Assembly: GCA_002189035.1 (NCBI GenBank)
Contig: NEEC01000002.1
Location: 2,604,001 to 2,668,000 of the forward strand
Source of the DNA: Utricularia gibba
Taxonomy: Eukaryota > Plantae > Magnoliophyta
Direction of reading: 5' to 3'
Length of the DNA stretch: 64,000 nt
The notes under the pieces are model-generated. The model was not told the DNA's origin and searched no databases. It worked only from the letters and a program-made list of their open reading frames with translations. This document shows positions 52,474 through 64,000 of this stretch, in pieces; within the stretch, counting starts at the first letter, position 1; each line of letters starts with the position of its first letter. A program made the translations under genes and the position numbers.

Positions 52474-54430
52474 TTAAGTGAATGGGGGGTAATGGTACTC
52501 TTGGTACCCACTTGCACAAAAAACAATCTTCACCTCAACTTCTTTCAAGTAGTTGAAAGAAAACAAGTTATGCGTGTCGTTTTCACAACAAATTTTCATA
52601 TTTTTAAAACTCGTAAAACACAAAAGCGTAGTACGGGTGTCGAACACAGGGAGTTGTTTTTGAGTGAAAAGGTGAGGTACCTCGAATACAACTGTCACAA
52701 TTTGTAAACGGTTTTGAAGGTAAAAGGTGTGAGAAACGTTGATGATGAAGCTTGAGTAAGGGAATAAGAGAGGTTTTGAACAAACAATTGAAATAAATAT
52801 AAGCGATGAATCTTAAATAAAGTAAATGTTCCTGGATTTGGAATCTTGTCCAGCTATATTCGTTGTGTCTTCACTCTTCTCTGGTCTTCTCGAGTACTCG
52901 GTTATAGGAGTAAGGAATTGTCTATCCTCACTTATACTCTCTTGTATGAAGGCACGTGAATAGCCCGATATTGCTCCTCCTTGGACGAACGTGAGAATAA
53001 GAGGTCCTGTCAGCGTACCCTCACGAACGAATTGCACACGTGTGCCCGAGTGTTGCAATGACCCAATGAGTCTAGATACGAGGTCACTACATGTCCATTG
53101 ATCCTGAGGTACGGCCACAGACAAAACGTAGTCTTCCTTTTGCCAAAAGCACATGAGTTGGTGCTTTCCACCTTGCTCCTCTACAAAACCCACAAGTAGT
53201 GATCAGCTAACCATGAATCTTGAATAAGATGACTGTTATAGAAAGACTGCAACATAGTCGTGCAAAGACATACGAAACTCATTCGGATTCAAAGAAGAGA
53301 TGAAGATAAGCTAACGAAACATAGATTTGGGGGTGTTCCAACCCGAAACATAAGTTTCTAGCCGTGAATGGCCATAAAAACTAAAGGAAACGAAAATAAG
53401 GTTTTAGAGAGAAGCTAGAGGAAAATCCTCTAGAGAGAAAAACAAAAGTCTAAACTAAACTGAAAGTGAAACTAAAACTTTTCTGAACATAACTGAGGTG
53501 AACTATTTTGTTTGAGATTTCGTGTTCCTATGGTTCTGCTGAACTTGGGATGACTTGCAAACGTCTGCTCTGACATTGGTACGCTACTGATGTCGCTTGT
53601 CAGAGACTCCCGTATCCCGCACTTCAAGGCTCATGATTAGACGTCTGTAGTCTTCCGGAAATCAAGGAATGTCAGCTCAGGAAAATCCAATTTGTGGCTA
53701 TATGATGCCCTCTTTCTCTCACTCCATGCCACATGTGCGCCTCTAGAAAAATTCAATTAAAACTAGCAAAATTATTAGATAAAATACAAGATTTAGGATA
53801 ATTACCCTAAACTAGATAAAAACCTAAATATCATATTATAGACTCCTAATTAAACACTTCTAATCACAATTAATCATAAAAAAACCTAATAAATAGTAAT
53901 AAAATGACACTTAACAACAAGTCATCTAAATTCAGATAACGAAAATGCTTATCTACTTGAGAAGTTTGTTTTTCCAAATTGATGTTAAGATGTTGGGTAA
54001 GCTTGGTGATGAGAGAAGCAAAAGGGAACACACTCTCATTTTTTGTCGTGATGGAGTGCATTTATGTAGCAATCTGCCATCTTAAATTTATGGAAAGCTT
54101 CTTCATCCTGACCCATATGAAAAAAATGATAACTTTGACAATGCTGCTGGTGCCTTGTCGAGTGGCGCTATAACAACTTCTCAAATACCTATTTAGAATT
54201 AAAAGATTAAGAGACCTCAAGTAATGGGCCTTAAGTTTGTATATAGAATAATGGGGTTCACAGACATATATGGAAGCATAGACATTCAATATATTAAAAT
54301 GCTTAAAATAGTCACAATAAGCTTGAATGAATAGTGGCAAAATCAGATTCATGAACAAAGCTTCAAGACATATTAAAATCATTTATAGACATTCTAAAAT
54401 ATTTACCACCAAGGCGAAAAGAGATTAGTT
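52474..54430 (-). mobile_element. Degenerate retroelement-associated accessory ORF remnant, interrupted by the solo LTR
   Basis: SATRQGTSSIV..FFIWVRMKKLSINLRWQIAT and FPFASLITKLTQHLNI resemble plant transposon/retroelement accessory proteins. The frame resumes in phase across the solo LTR (LNLDD|LFSFNYLKEV). Confidence 0.5.
52571..53919 (-). mobile_element. Probable solo LTR (Gypsy/Athila-like), about 1.35 kb
   Basis: TG..CA ends, flanks AGTTA (52566-52570) and AGTCA (53920-53924), Athila-like GTAGTACGGGTGTCGAACACAGGGAG near one end, no pol domains inside. Confidence 0.55.
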
Positions 54431-54485
54431 CCTCAACAAGGAGATTACCCGCAACATCTTCAAACACAAAAGTTGTATAAATTAA

Positions 54486-57400
54486 GGGAAAAATCGTTTT
54501 TTTAATCATAATGTTTGACATATTTTCATTTTATAGTCTAATATTTTAAGTTATGAAAAATTCAGTCAATAAGTTTACTGATATATTCATTTTATGGCAT
54601 TCCGGCAAAATCTTGACGGAATTAACTCGTCGGAACTCTTTTTGATTAAATAATTCTGCATTTTTTTTAAATAAATCATAAAAAAAATTTCAATCATATT
54701 TTTAATGATTGTAAATTTTAAATATTCGGGATATATATTTTTAAATAAAAATAATTTGATGTTTCAAAATTAAATATATATTTTTAAAAAATATTGTATT
54801 TTTTAAAAAAATTATTAAAGAATACGAAAAATTTATGAAAAAAATATTACAATTGAATTTTCTTCATTTTTAATGTTTCGAATATTCGTGCATATAATTC
54901 AAAAATTAAAATTTTAAATTTGAAAAAAAATGTGTTTAGTAAAGTATAAATAAAATAAGAAAAAGATTAGAATTTCATAGACAAATTGTGACACAAAAAT
55001 CGGTAGCAACATGATAACATTAATGTCCCTACACATTCTTCTAGTTGTAACTCAAATTAGAAATACTTGAAAATTACTAAAGCAAATAGTTGTTCAAAAG
55101 AAAAATAAACACATCATTTTCCTTTTTCCGAATTACTGCTTCCACTGGTCACATTCCTCTTTAGACTTGATTTCAAGTTAGATAGGGTAACATAGTTATT
55201 GCTACCTTTGACGATAACAGGAGCATTCACAATGGTAGTATTTTGGGAAACCTACAATTAGAAATATGAATGTCAAACTAATGTTAATTCAACATTTTTA
55301 GAATATTACATAGATAAAAAAAATTCAATACCTGAAAAACTTAGTCTCCTTGACAGAGTACCGTATCCTCTTGTGTTGCCAACCTTCTTCTCCTTGATTT
55401 TTTTAGACATCTATAAACAAATCAAATGTATTTTGTTATTCTGCAATTTATACTAATTACAAAAATGACAATATATATCTTTTTTTACTACTAGATTTGA
55501 AGGTGGATTCTGCTCTTATACCCACATTTTTTGAGTTACCAGGTTTGGAGATGATAGGTGGAGCAACAGATGTAGTAGTGTTTGCACTACTTGTACTCCA
55601 ATGTGCCTGTGGTATTCCACTCTAAGCAAGCATATATAAATATTATAATGCAGATAATATTTTGAGTGAAAACAAATGTTTTTACTTACCTCATGAATTT
55701 GTGAGTTTTCATCTTCTGAAACTCGGCTTTTGCATGACCTTTTGTTGTGACCAACCTATTTGCATTGACTGCATTGGTTAAACTCTTGCTTTAGGCCTTT
55801 AATTCTATATGAATTTTTGATGGGTGATGGAGGTTCCTCAGGTTCTCTTACACGCAACTTTTTTGCTCCCAAATGTCATCACTAGATATCCCTCAAATTG
55901 GATTTTCATACTGTTTGATTTATGTTGCTTTGGTATAACAAACATCCATATACCTCTTTGGATTTTTTTCTCCTTTGCGCCATACAGTAGAAACTGCATG
56001 ACTACAAGGAAATTTAGTTAGTTGCCAACTGTTGCAACTACATGTGCGCTCCAGAAGATCTACTGTTCTAGTGACATAAGGGCTAACAACTTCATAATTG
56101 TAATCATCACTACGAAGTGTAATGTTCCCTGAAGCCTCACTCATTACTGACTCTAGCTGCTTTCTAATTCTTGGACATAATGTCTTTTAATTCCAAAGCT
56201 TTTGTTCTTAACTTATCAATCCGAGTCATCAACAATATTCTGATATCTTCTAACAGTTGGATTATAGGTTTCTCCCTAGCTTCTAACAACATCTTGTTGA
56301 ATGATTCACATTCATTATTTAATAGCATGTCACACTTGGCAAATGGTGTAAAGAATGCCCTACTCCATTCTTGTGGTGGACTTTTCTTTAACCATTCATA
56401 AGCATCAACTGATACGGTCTTCAAGGATTCCATATGTGCATTGAAAACCTCCTTCTTTGAGGCCCTAGCTGCTGCCCACAAGTGCTTCTTTATCGCTACA
56501 CCATTATGATCTGCTCTCTTCATATTTCTATGTAAATGATGAACACAAAAACGATTTTCAGAATCTGGGAACAACTCTTCAAAACACTCTAGCAGCCCTT
56601 TCTGTTTATCAGACATGAATGTCCACATGTTGACATGTTCAACCTCCAAATCAACTCTCAACAATTCCAGAAAACATTTCCATGTAGTATAGTTCTCCTT
56701 CTCAACAATTGCAAATGCATATGGAAATATGGAATTATTTGCATCAACACCTACTGCAGTGAGGAGTTGACCTCCAAAATTACCTTTTAGATGACAGCCA
56801 TCTACACACATAATTCTACGACAACCATTTTTTAAATTTTTCTTAATGGCATCAAAGCAAATATAGACACCCAAGAACCTCCTGTGTGCAGGATCAGTGT
56901 TTTGTGTTGTCTTCAGGACAATTGTTGATCCAGGGTTGTTTTGTTAAGCTCAGTTAAGTAGGCTCTCAATTTTTCCCACTACTCTAATTCACTTCCACAA
57001 CCAATGGCCAATGCCAACACCCTAGCTCATTGTGCTTGTGCAGGATATATATCTACTTGCAAATCAGTAGACACATGAATCCTGAAATCCCTTATCTTAA
57101 TATTTAGATTAGCAACCACATATTTAGCATATCTCTGTCCAATCCAAAGTGCTTTCATGCCTTCCAACACCTTTTGTTTTTTCACAAACCGAATGCTCAT
57201 GGTTGAATGATTTAACTATCCAACCTTTGTCATTTTTATAATGCGTAACATTTATTCTCCATGAACAACCCCGAGTTTGGCAATAAGCAGCCAATCTTTG
57301 TTTATTGTTTGTTGGAAACTTCACCTGTCTTCCTCTCTTGAAATTGTAGGTTTCTATGGCATCCTTAGCCTCCTTACTTGAGCTGAACATCAATCCTATT

Positions 57401-58322
57401 TTCAATTGAGGATCATCTCCCTCCGTCTTCGGATTAAAAAGCCTCAACTTTACCTTACTATGACCCAATTCCCCTTCTTAAGTCCTCTTCAATTTGTGTA
57501 ACATCACACTCTTCGTCAACTAAAACAGCAACATCCATAGACAAACTACAGGCATCTATCTCAGTAGGGTCAGATAATTGTTGAACTATCTCATGATCTA
57601 TGTCGTTGTGAGCTTCATTCGAAGGAAATATGACTTCACATTGGAAACCATAACATTCATCTTCCCAAAAATCCGGGTCTGAATTAACAGAATCCACATC
57701 AACCTCACTAGTATCATGAGGTTCAACAACATTATCATAGCAAACTTCATTTTCTTCTAAGCCCATTTCTTGAACATTAAAATCATCAACCATTCAACCA
57801 CGATCCTTTTCATGAACAACAGAAGCATCAACTATTGGTTCTTCTCAAGAACCAATCGAATCAAAGGTAATGTATATGGAAGAAAGCTGACTAGAAAAAT
57901 CTACACCCAGAAGTCTTCTTCCTCACTGTGATATATTCCTCATACCCACCAGTGTGAAACCAAACATACTAGCTCTCATTCGTGGGTTCAACCTTCTTCT
58001 TCTTGGCGTTCTTCATTTGTAAGTGGTGAACAGAAATCGTCAACTCTAAATTTTAGAGGATTTTGGAGACAAGATTTCTCTTCTCGATGAACCCTAGAAT
58101 TTGGGAAAAATAATTTTGTCAAAAGAATTTTGAGAACATTAAAGTTTTTATGCGTCACATTGTGAACATGCTGCTCACGTGTTAGCTCCGGTGAGCTATT
58201 TGTCGGAATGCCGTAAAATGAGCAAAGCAGAAAAGTTTTTGTCTTATTTTTGAATAAGTTAAACTATTGGACTGGAAAATGCAATTACCCTAAACATTAT
58301 GACTTAAAAAATGATTTTTCAC
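54486..58322 (-). mobile_element. Mutator-like element (MuDR/MULE) with degenerate transposase and TIRs
   Basis: TIRs about 54486-54630 and 58180-58322 (GGGAAAAATCGTTTT..TCATAATGTTT vs reverse complement GTGAAAAATCATTTT..TCATAATGTTT). Flanks ATAAATTAA and TAAAATTAA. MuDR domain (LKIGLMFSSSKEAKDAI), MULE core (MCVDGCHLKGNFGGQLLTAVGVDANN; FMSDKQKGL; RFCVHHL) and SWIM finger (CSCNSWQLTKFPCSHA). Confidence 0.93.
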
Positions 58323-59860
58323 TAAAATTAAAACACAAGTTTCAAATAAACAGGAAGATTAATTTCAGAAAATCTACAACATTCAAGGGAAGCATCAAAC
58401 AATCGGTTGATATCAACAAGCAAATTCAATGCACCAAACTAAAAGTATGCATTTGAAATCAAATAAAATTCTGTGAAATCCGTACTCATAATATATATAT
58501 AATCCCAAATGATAATTTATTTAGATTAAAAAGAAAGCATAGTGTTTCTATATTAAAAATATTGATGCACCTTGTAATTTCGGTACTTTAATCATAAAAC
58601 TTAATAGTCAATTGAATATAATGAATATCAATTGTTATTCCAACTTGATTGTTAATAGTGTCTAATAGATTTTTCAAAAAAAGTTGTGTGTTTCACTCAC
58701 ATATTTTCTTAAAATATCTCAATTGTAAGTCATATACTCATTTTTATTTTTAAGAGTGCAACCACTAGTATAAAACTTCATCATTATACAAGCCATGAGA
58801 TAATGATATACAAGATCATTGGGGTTGCATGCAAATGTAAAGTTACATGATAATCATTTCATGTTTGATTAGATATATATGCAATTTTAAAAATACGTTA
58901 AATGTTTATTCTTTTTAAAAATTATATTTATTAGAGATAATAATGTAATTGACTATTTTAGTCAATGAGATTCGAGAATAATAGAATTGTATTAGACACG
59001 TTACCAACAAGATCTCATTTATTTATATATATTACAAATATTCTATTTTTCTTTATAAATTGATTTTACATGACATAAAAAACTTGTCAGATAGCGGATA
59101 ATGCGAATATAATTTTAGATATACAGTATTTTTTCAAAGGGCTGAAAAGAAGAGGGCAACTAACAAAATAAAGTTTCGATACGAGGTATTTATCCCATTT
59201 CCGTTAGGCGTCCACAGTAACTAATTCTACAGTTGATGACAGGGGAGAATGGATGATGAGTCCCAACACTGGGACCGTACAAGTATGGAATCATTAGTCT
59301 TTAATTGCTTAAACCTTTAGCTCGTGTAACGGGGAGGGGGCCACGCCACCCGATGCCATCGATCACTCAGAAGCACCTACTAGTTTTCTTTCATTAAAGC
59401 GCGCAGGCTGGGAGTTGGCTTTACCAACAAGCTGCTAGCTGCAGGTAACAAATGCCTTCCTTTCCTCTCCTCATAAGAAGCCGAGCGACCGATCTGGATT
59501 CTGATGTGGGGAAGTGGAGGAAGAGGACAAGGGCTACGGGAATCTCAATCTGATCTCATGGGGAGGGGGGACTGGAGGAAAAAAGAGGGGGGAGCTGGTT
59601 ACTGGTACGAGTTAATGGAACTCCCTCCCATCAACATCATCTTCTCCCCTCCTCTGTGTTGCCCCCACAAACTCACATTTCAAGTGCACATGAAACTGGC
59701 CCTCCACCCCCCCCCCCCAGGCCCGGACTGCGTTCCGGCATCGACTGTTTTATACGCGTCTGTAAGAATGAGCATGGCACTACCGGATTCAGACAGATTG
59801 ATCGGGGCAAGCAGTATGGCGAGGAGTGGGAAATGAAATGGAATGGAAGCACCCGCAATC

Positions 59861-60055
59861 CATCCATCCATCCATCCATCCCTGCGGGCAGTGGGAGTCA
59901 TTACTGTCATCACTTGAATTGAATGAGTTGTGTTTAATTTGGAGGTAGTTGTGGATGTCTTAATTCAGCACAAGCGTGGTTATCAAGAAAGCGCGTCCAA
60001 CCCCAGCTCAGTTGGTAACGCACACTTGGGGAGCCGGAGCCGGAGCCGGAGCCGG
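59861..60055. repeat. Short tandem repeats (CATC)5 at 59861-59880 and (GAGCCG)4 at 60031-60054
   Basis: Read directly from the sequence. Confidence 0.85.
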
Positions 60056-60603
60056 TGCAGTGCAGTCACCCACCGGCGACCACATGTTCTGGGCCCTAAG
60101 CTCAGTCTCTCAGTCCCCCCTCACCCTTCCCGGACCCCCACACACGCCTCGCCCCCGCCCCGACCCGAATATATATATATATCTATGCATTTTTTGAACA
60201 TTTAGGAAACAAAAATACGTCACGTGGAATATTTTAATTATAAAAACATAATATCCCAGGGCGCACAAATTAAACACGAGAGTCAGATGGAGGGGGGGGC
60301 TGGTGGGCCCCACCTGGATCCAACCATAAAAACCGCCATGTGCCGCAATTTGAATACTTGGCAGCTGCTGGATCACCTCGTTTTGTCCCCATGGAGCCCC
60401 TTTTTTTCTTTATTTCTATTGTAAATGGAGATGAAGGGACGACAGGACAATGAATGCATTTAAAAAATTGTTGTCTTAAGGTCCATACAAAAATCACAAA
60501 AAATGAGGCTCCTGGATCTCTCTATCTAGTGAACAAATCAAGGAAATTGTAGCCCAAAAAACATGGCAACACACGCACACACAAAAAGAAAAAAGAAAAA
60601 ACT

Positions 60604-60666
60604 AAGTCAATACCCGAACCGTTCGGTTGTGTTGGATCAGGGAACCGGAGGGTGCGTTCTTGACTC
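60604..60666 (-). promoter_or_regulatory. Conserved paired HD-ZIP IV 3'UTR motifs forming a stem-loop
   Basis: On the mRNA strand GAGTCAAGAACGCACC (60666-60651) precedes GGTTCGGGTATTGACTT (60620-60604), 300-360 nt after the HDG11 stop. The two motifs are partly complementary. Confidence 0.85.
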
Positions 60667-60964
60667 TGGGACTTTAAAATGGAATGGGATTGAAAGGAGT
60701 TGTTGAATGGCTCTCAGGATCAGTATCAGCAGCAGCAGCAGCTTAGTAGTGTATGCAGGAGCAGAAGCAGCAGCAGCAATAAGTCAGATTTCAGCCCCAT
60801 TGATGACACCACCAAGGAGCATTCATGCTTCCCAACTAACGCACCCCTATTTGCTAGTAAGTACTCAGATGCTGATTGATGGTGGAAGATGGCTAATTTC
60901 ATTCATTGCCCCCCTCTTTCCTTCTCATCAGCATTAATGGAGCCTCATTCCAGAGCCCCACGGA

Positions 60965-63834
60965 TCAGGAAGGAGTGATGTTCAAAGATGTCTTGATTTG
61001 GTTCACTGTGCTACTGATCAGGTTGTTCACAGTTGCTACTGATTCGTGGCTCATTCTGGCAGATGGGAGGCTGCTCACAAGGATTTGAAAAACAATGGTG
61101 ACCAGGGAGCCTGAAGGGGGCTAGTGTTGGTGCTTGTAGATGCACCGTCTGCGGCCGTGCCGGCATCGTTACCCGGCCGGCAGTCGGAATAGATAGTGAA
61201 CCCGGACGGGAGTAAGGGAATATAGGAAGGGTCCTCGCCGCTCATGGCGATGTGGATCGCCTGCAAGTCGACCGGGCAGTAGACTACTAGCGAACCTGAT
61301 GAATCAGTGCAGCTTTCTTGCAGGATCAGCATGTTGTTTTGGCTAGTGTTGTATCCCTGTTTCAGAGTTATCATTGAGTATAGAGAAATGCAAGCTTTTT
61401 GAATGAACTAAACAGCTTACTCTAAGGACTGAGATGCAGTTCCCTGGATGAGATCCATTGAGAATGTGAGCAATTTCTTCAACAGGGTTCTGGTTAGAGA
61501 GAACATCCCACTGCAAAACAAGCACATATTACGAACTCTAACACTAAATCCGCAAGCATGCAACAAAGTCTTGAGATAGCTCTAGCGACTCACCTGAGGC
61601 CGGCATCTCTCGTCCCGCAAGAAATTGAAGACATTCAATGGCGAAACCGGAAGCCAGATTGTCGCCGAGGCGCTGATTATCACTCCATTGCGCTGTCCAG
61701 GCTCCGTGCTCCGGTGCACTGTTGTCCGGACTTCAAAATCATGTGTGGCCGAGAGGGTGTTCAATTGCTGGCCATTGGGAGGGTTGATGCTTGAGCAGAA
61801 GTAGTTCACCATCCTCTGTGCTAACTTCATCATGCTTCTCTTTCCTTCTGGTTACGCAAAAAGGACATGCCTCACTCAGTCGAATCAAGTACTTTTTTTT
61901 TTCGAAATGCGATGGGTTGCATTATGCTATTCTTACCTCCTCCAAGCTCCCGAGCTGAACTCCCACTGATCATCAAGGAAAATCTTTCACACACTCTTTG
62001 AAGAGATGCTAGCCATCTTTGTGCTCCAAAAGCAAATCCACTCTGAATAATGTCTCTACAGAGCTGATGAATCGGAGCTTTATCTTCAATTTCCCAGTGC
62101 TCCACCCATGTAACCTGATAATAACAAAACGCTAGCAAAATATAACTGCTGCACAATAAAGAAGGAAAACAGCAAGTGCTGCGCAATGTCGGGAACCTTG
62201 GAGTAGCCATTTTGTGCATCTTGGATCAGACATCCAGAAGGGAGTCTGTGAGCTTTGCAAGGTGAAGAGAAATGGGATTCTTGCTGGGAAACATCGTAAG
62301 AAACATCCACAATAGCCCACGAACCCGGTTCGATTTGCTGACAGAAACGGAGAAAGTAGAGTTGCCTAGTGGGAACCAATGCAGAAAGCAGTTGCAGTTC
62401 TTCATACATCTGTGAACAAAATAGGAATCAACTTTTATTCAAATGGAGAATCAAAGAGGTAGAATTAATTTTGTCGCTTTGTTACCAACAGCAGTGTCCC
62501 ACTCTGTCCAGATGATATCACTTCAACAGTCCTGGCTCTGGACACGATTGTAGGAAAAAGATCGACAAATTTGTTCTGTCAACAGAAATACAACATAAGA
62601 AGACATGGAAGAAGTAACAGCAGCATCATTTTAAGATTTGTAAGAGGGGAAACTAACCGCGTCCATGAACATATCTACAAGTGCTAAACTGTTGATGATA
62701 ACAACCCCAGAATCTCTAGAAGCTTCAATGCGCGCATTAGGATTCTTTGGCCTCGAAAACAATCCATAATAAGCTTCAAGACTGAGTATTTCCCGGCTGT
62801 CTGAACTGGGCTTTACCCAAATCGGTTCATTACTATGCAACAACCTAATAAGCTCATCCAGAGCACCGGCGGCGTATTCAGCCATTATGGATTTGTCCAT
62901 ATCGGTGAAGCTCATCGGAGGGAAGGGTAAGTCTGTAATCCCGCTTGATGAACTTCCTGGGAGAAGATCTAGGTCGAGAGATGGACCAGGGATGCCGTGG
63001 CCCACGAAGCTACCCATTGATAAATCTAGAGAAGAAACGTGAATTGGCTGCATTGGTGGGAGCTGAGCTATTGGTCTTCCCATGTACTTCGCGGCGATGC
63101 TTGAAACTCTATCGAGCTACAGAACGCGAAACCAGAAAGTTGTAAAAGAAGCTCGAAGTAAGGAAATCGAGAAGGGTGATCAGAGAACCTCTTGTTTCAA
63201 CTGGGCATTTTCAATACGGAGTTTTTGTTCGTCGAAGAAGGAATCCTCTGAAACTGGAGGCCCGCCGCAAGTTGGGCAAATTACGTTTTTGAGGGCTTCA
63301 CGAATCGCAATGTTCTCACATCTGATCTTGTCGTTTTCGGCTCGAAGTGCACAGTTATCTGCCCTTTCATGCTGCGCCTGCAAACAAAAAAAGAAACATG
63401 TCTTCGTCAGAAAAAAGGAAAATGCTTTTTTTCTTTCTCCATGAATCGGAGCTGTGCGTACTTTCATCTGGGTTCTCCGATTCTGAAACCAGAATTTGAT
63501 TTGGCGTGGATGCAAACCAAGTTCTCTGCTCAACAAATTTCTTGTCTTCTCATCCGGGTGGGGGCAATCTTTAAACATTCTAAACAAGAAATAGAAGCCA
63601 AAAAAACAAAGCACATCTTAGTTTCATCCACTTCGATGGGACCAGAAAACAGAAAACGAAAGGAGCATAGTACCATGACGATGCATGGAGAGAAACCAAA
63701 AAAAACAAAGGTTACCGTTCAAGCCTCTGAATTTGCTCCGCCGTGTGACGATGGTACCTCTTCTTCCTCCGATGAGAATCAGAACCTTCCTGGTGGTCCC
63801 CGCCGCTTGAGGCACCGCCGCCGCTGAACTCCAT
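60965..63834 (-). CDS. HDG11: HD-ZIP IV homeodomain-START transcription factor, HDG11/HDG12-like, multi-exon
   Basis: [86 protein letters not shown] ([10 protein letters not shown]; [24 protein letters not shown]) and SAD domain (MMKLAQRMV; [15 protein letters not shown]). -1 shift at 61116-61120, stop at 60965-60967. Confidence 0.95.
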
Positions 63835-64000
63835 AGCCAGTACGACGGAGAGGAGGGGGTTCTCACTCTCTCACCAGAAGACTAGGAGCATATAATTAAT
63901 AACAACGTTTCGAAAAAAAAAAAGAACCCCAGCAAGATTACAAACCATTGATTCCCATAGCACACCCTTCTTCCCCAACTAAACTCCAACACCCAGAAAC

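Noticed and set aside
52813-53193. 126-aa ORF that could be a viral or novel protein
   Set aside because: It has a non-ATG start, lies inside the probable solo LTR and shows no recognisable motif.
59500-59670. Long fold-back or miRNA precursor
   Set aside because: The pairing comes from low-complexity purine and pyrimidine tracts, with no continuous duplex of about 21 bp.

Overview
Gene-dense plant (eudicot-like) nuclear DNA, with no prokaryotic features, CRISPR, tRNA or rRNA seen. Host genes in order: NRPA2 (Pol I second-largest subunit, 5'-partial), a PGIP/DRT100-like LRR protein, COM1/GR1 (CtIP), a BIG BROTHER-like RING E3, a glutaredoxin/Zn-finger protein, an SDR, a cytokinin dehydrogenase, cytosolic GPDH, a choline-transporter-like protein, an organic cation transporter (OCT) with an in-frame stop, an FT-like florigen gene and an HDG11-like HD-ZIP IV. 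Accessory DNA: a small Lys-rich pseudogene, a second OCT copy split by a Ty1/copia element, a second truncated copia, a probable solo LTR inside a retroelement ORF remnant, and a MuDR/MULE with TIRs. About ten apparent frameshifts in conserved genes are all single-base losses in homopolymer runs, which points to long-read consensus error. I found no convincing wholly new biological system. The best leads are the paired HD-ZIP IV 3'UTR RNA element, a U12 AT-AC intron in NRPA2, the same TAG at the homologous codon of two diverged OCT paralogs, active-site changes in the CKX, a variant FT external loop, and a candidate spliced micro-ORF. All homology calls come from recognising translated motifs by eye; no database search was run.
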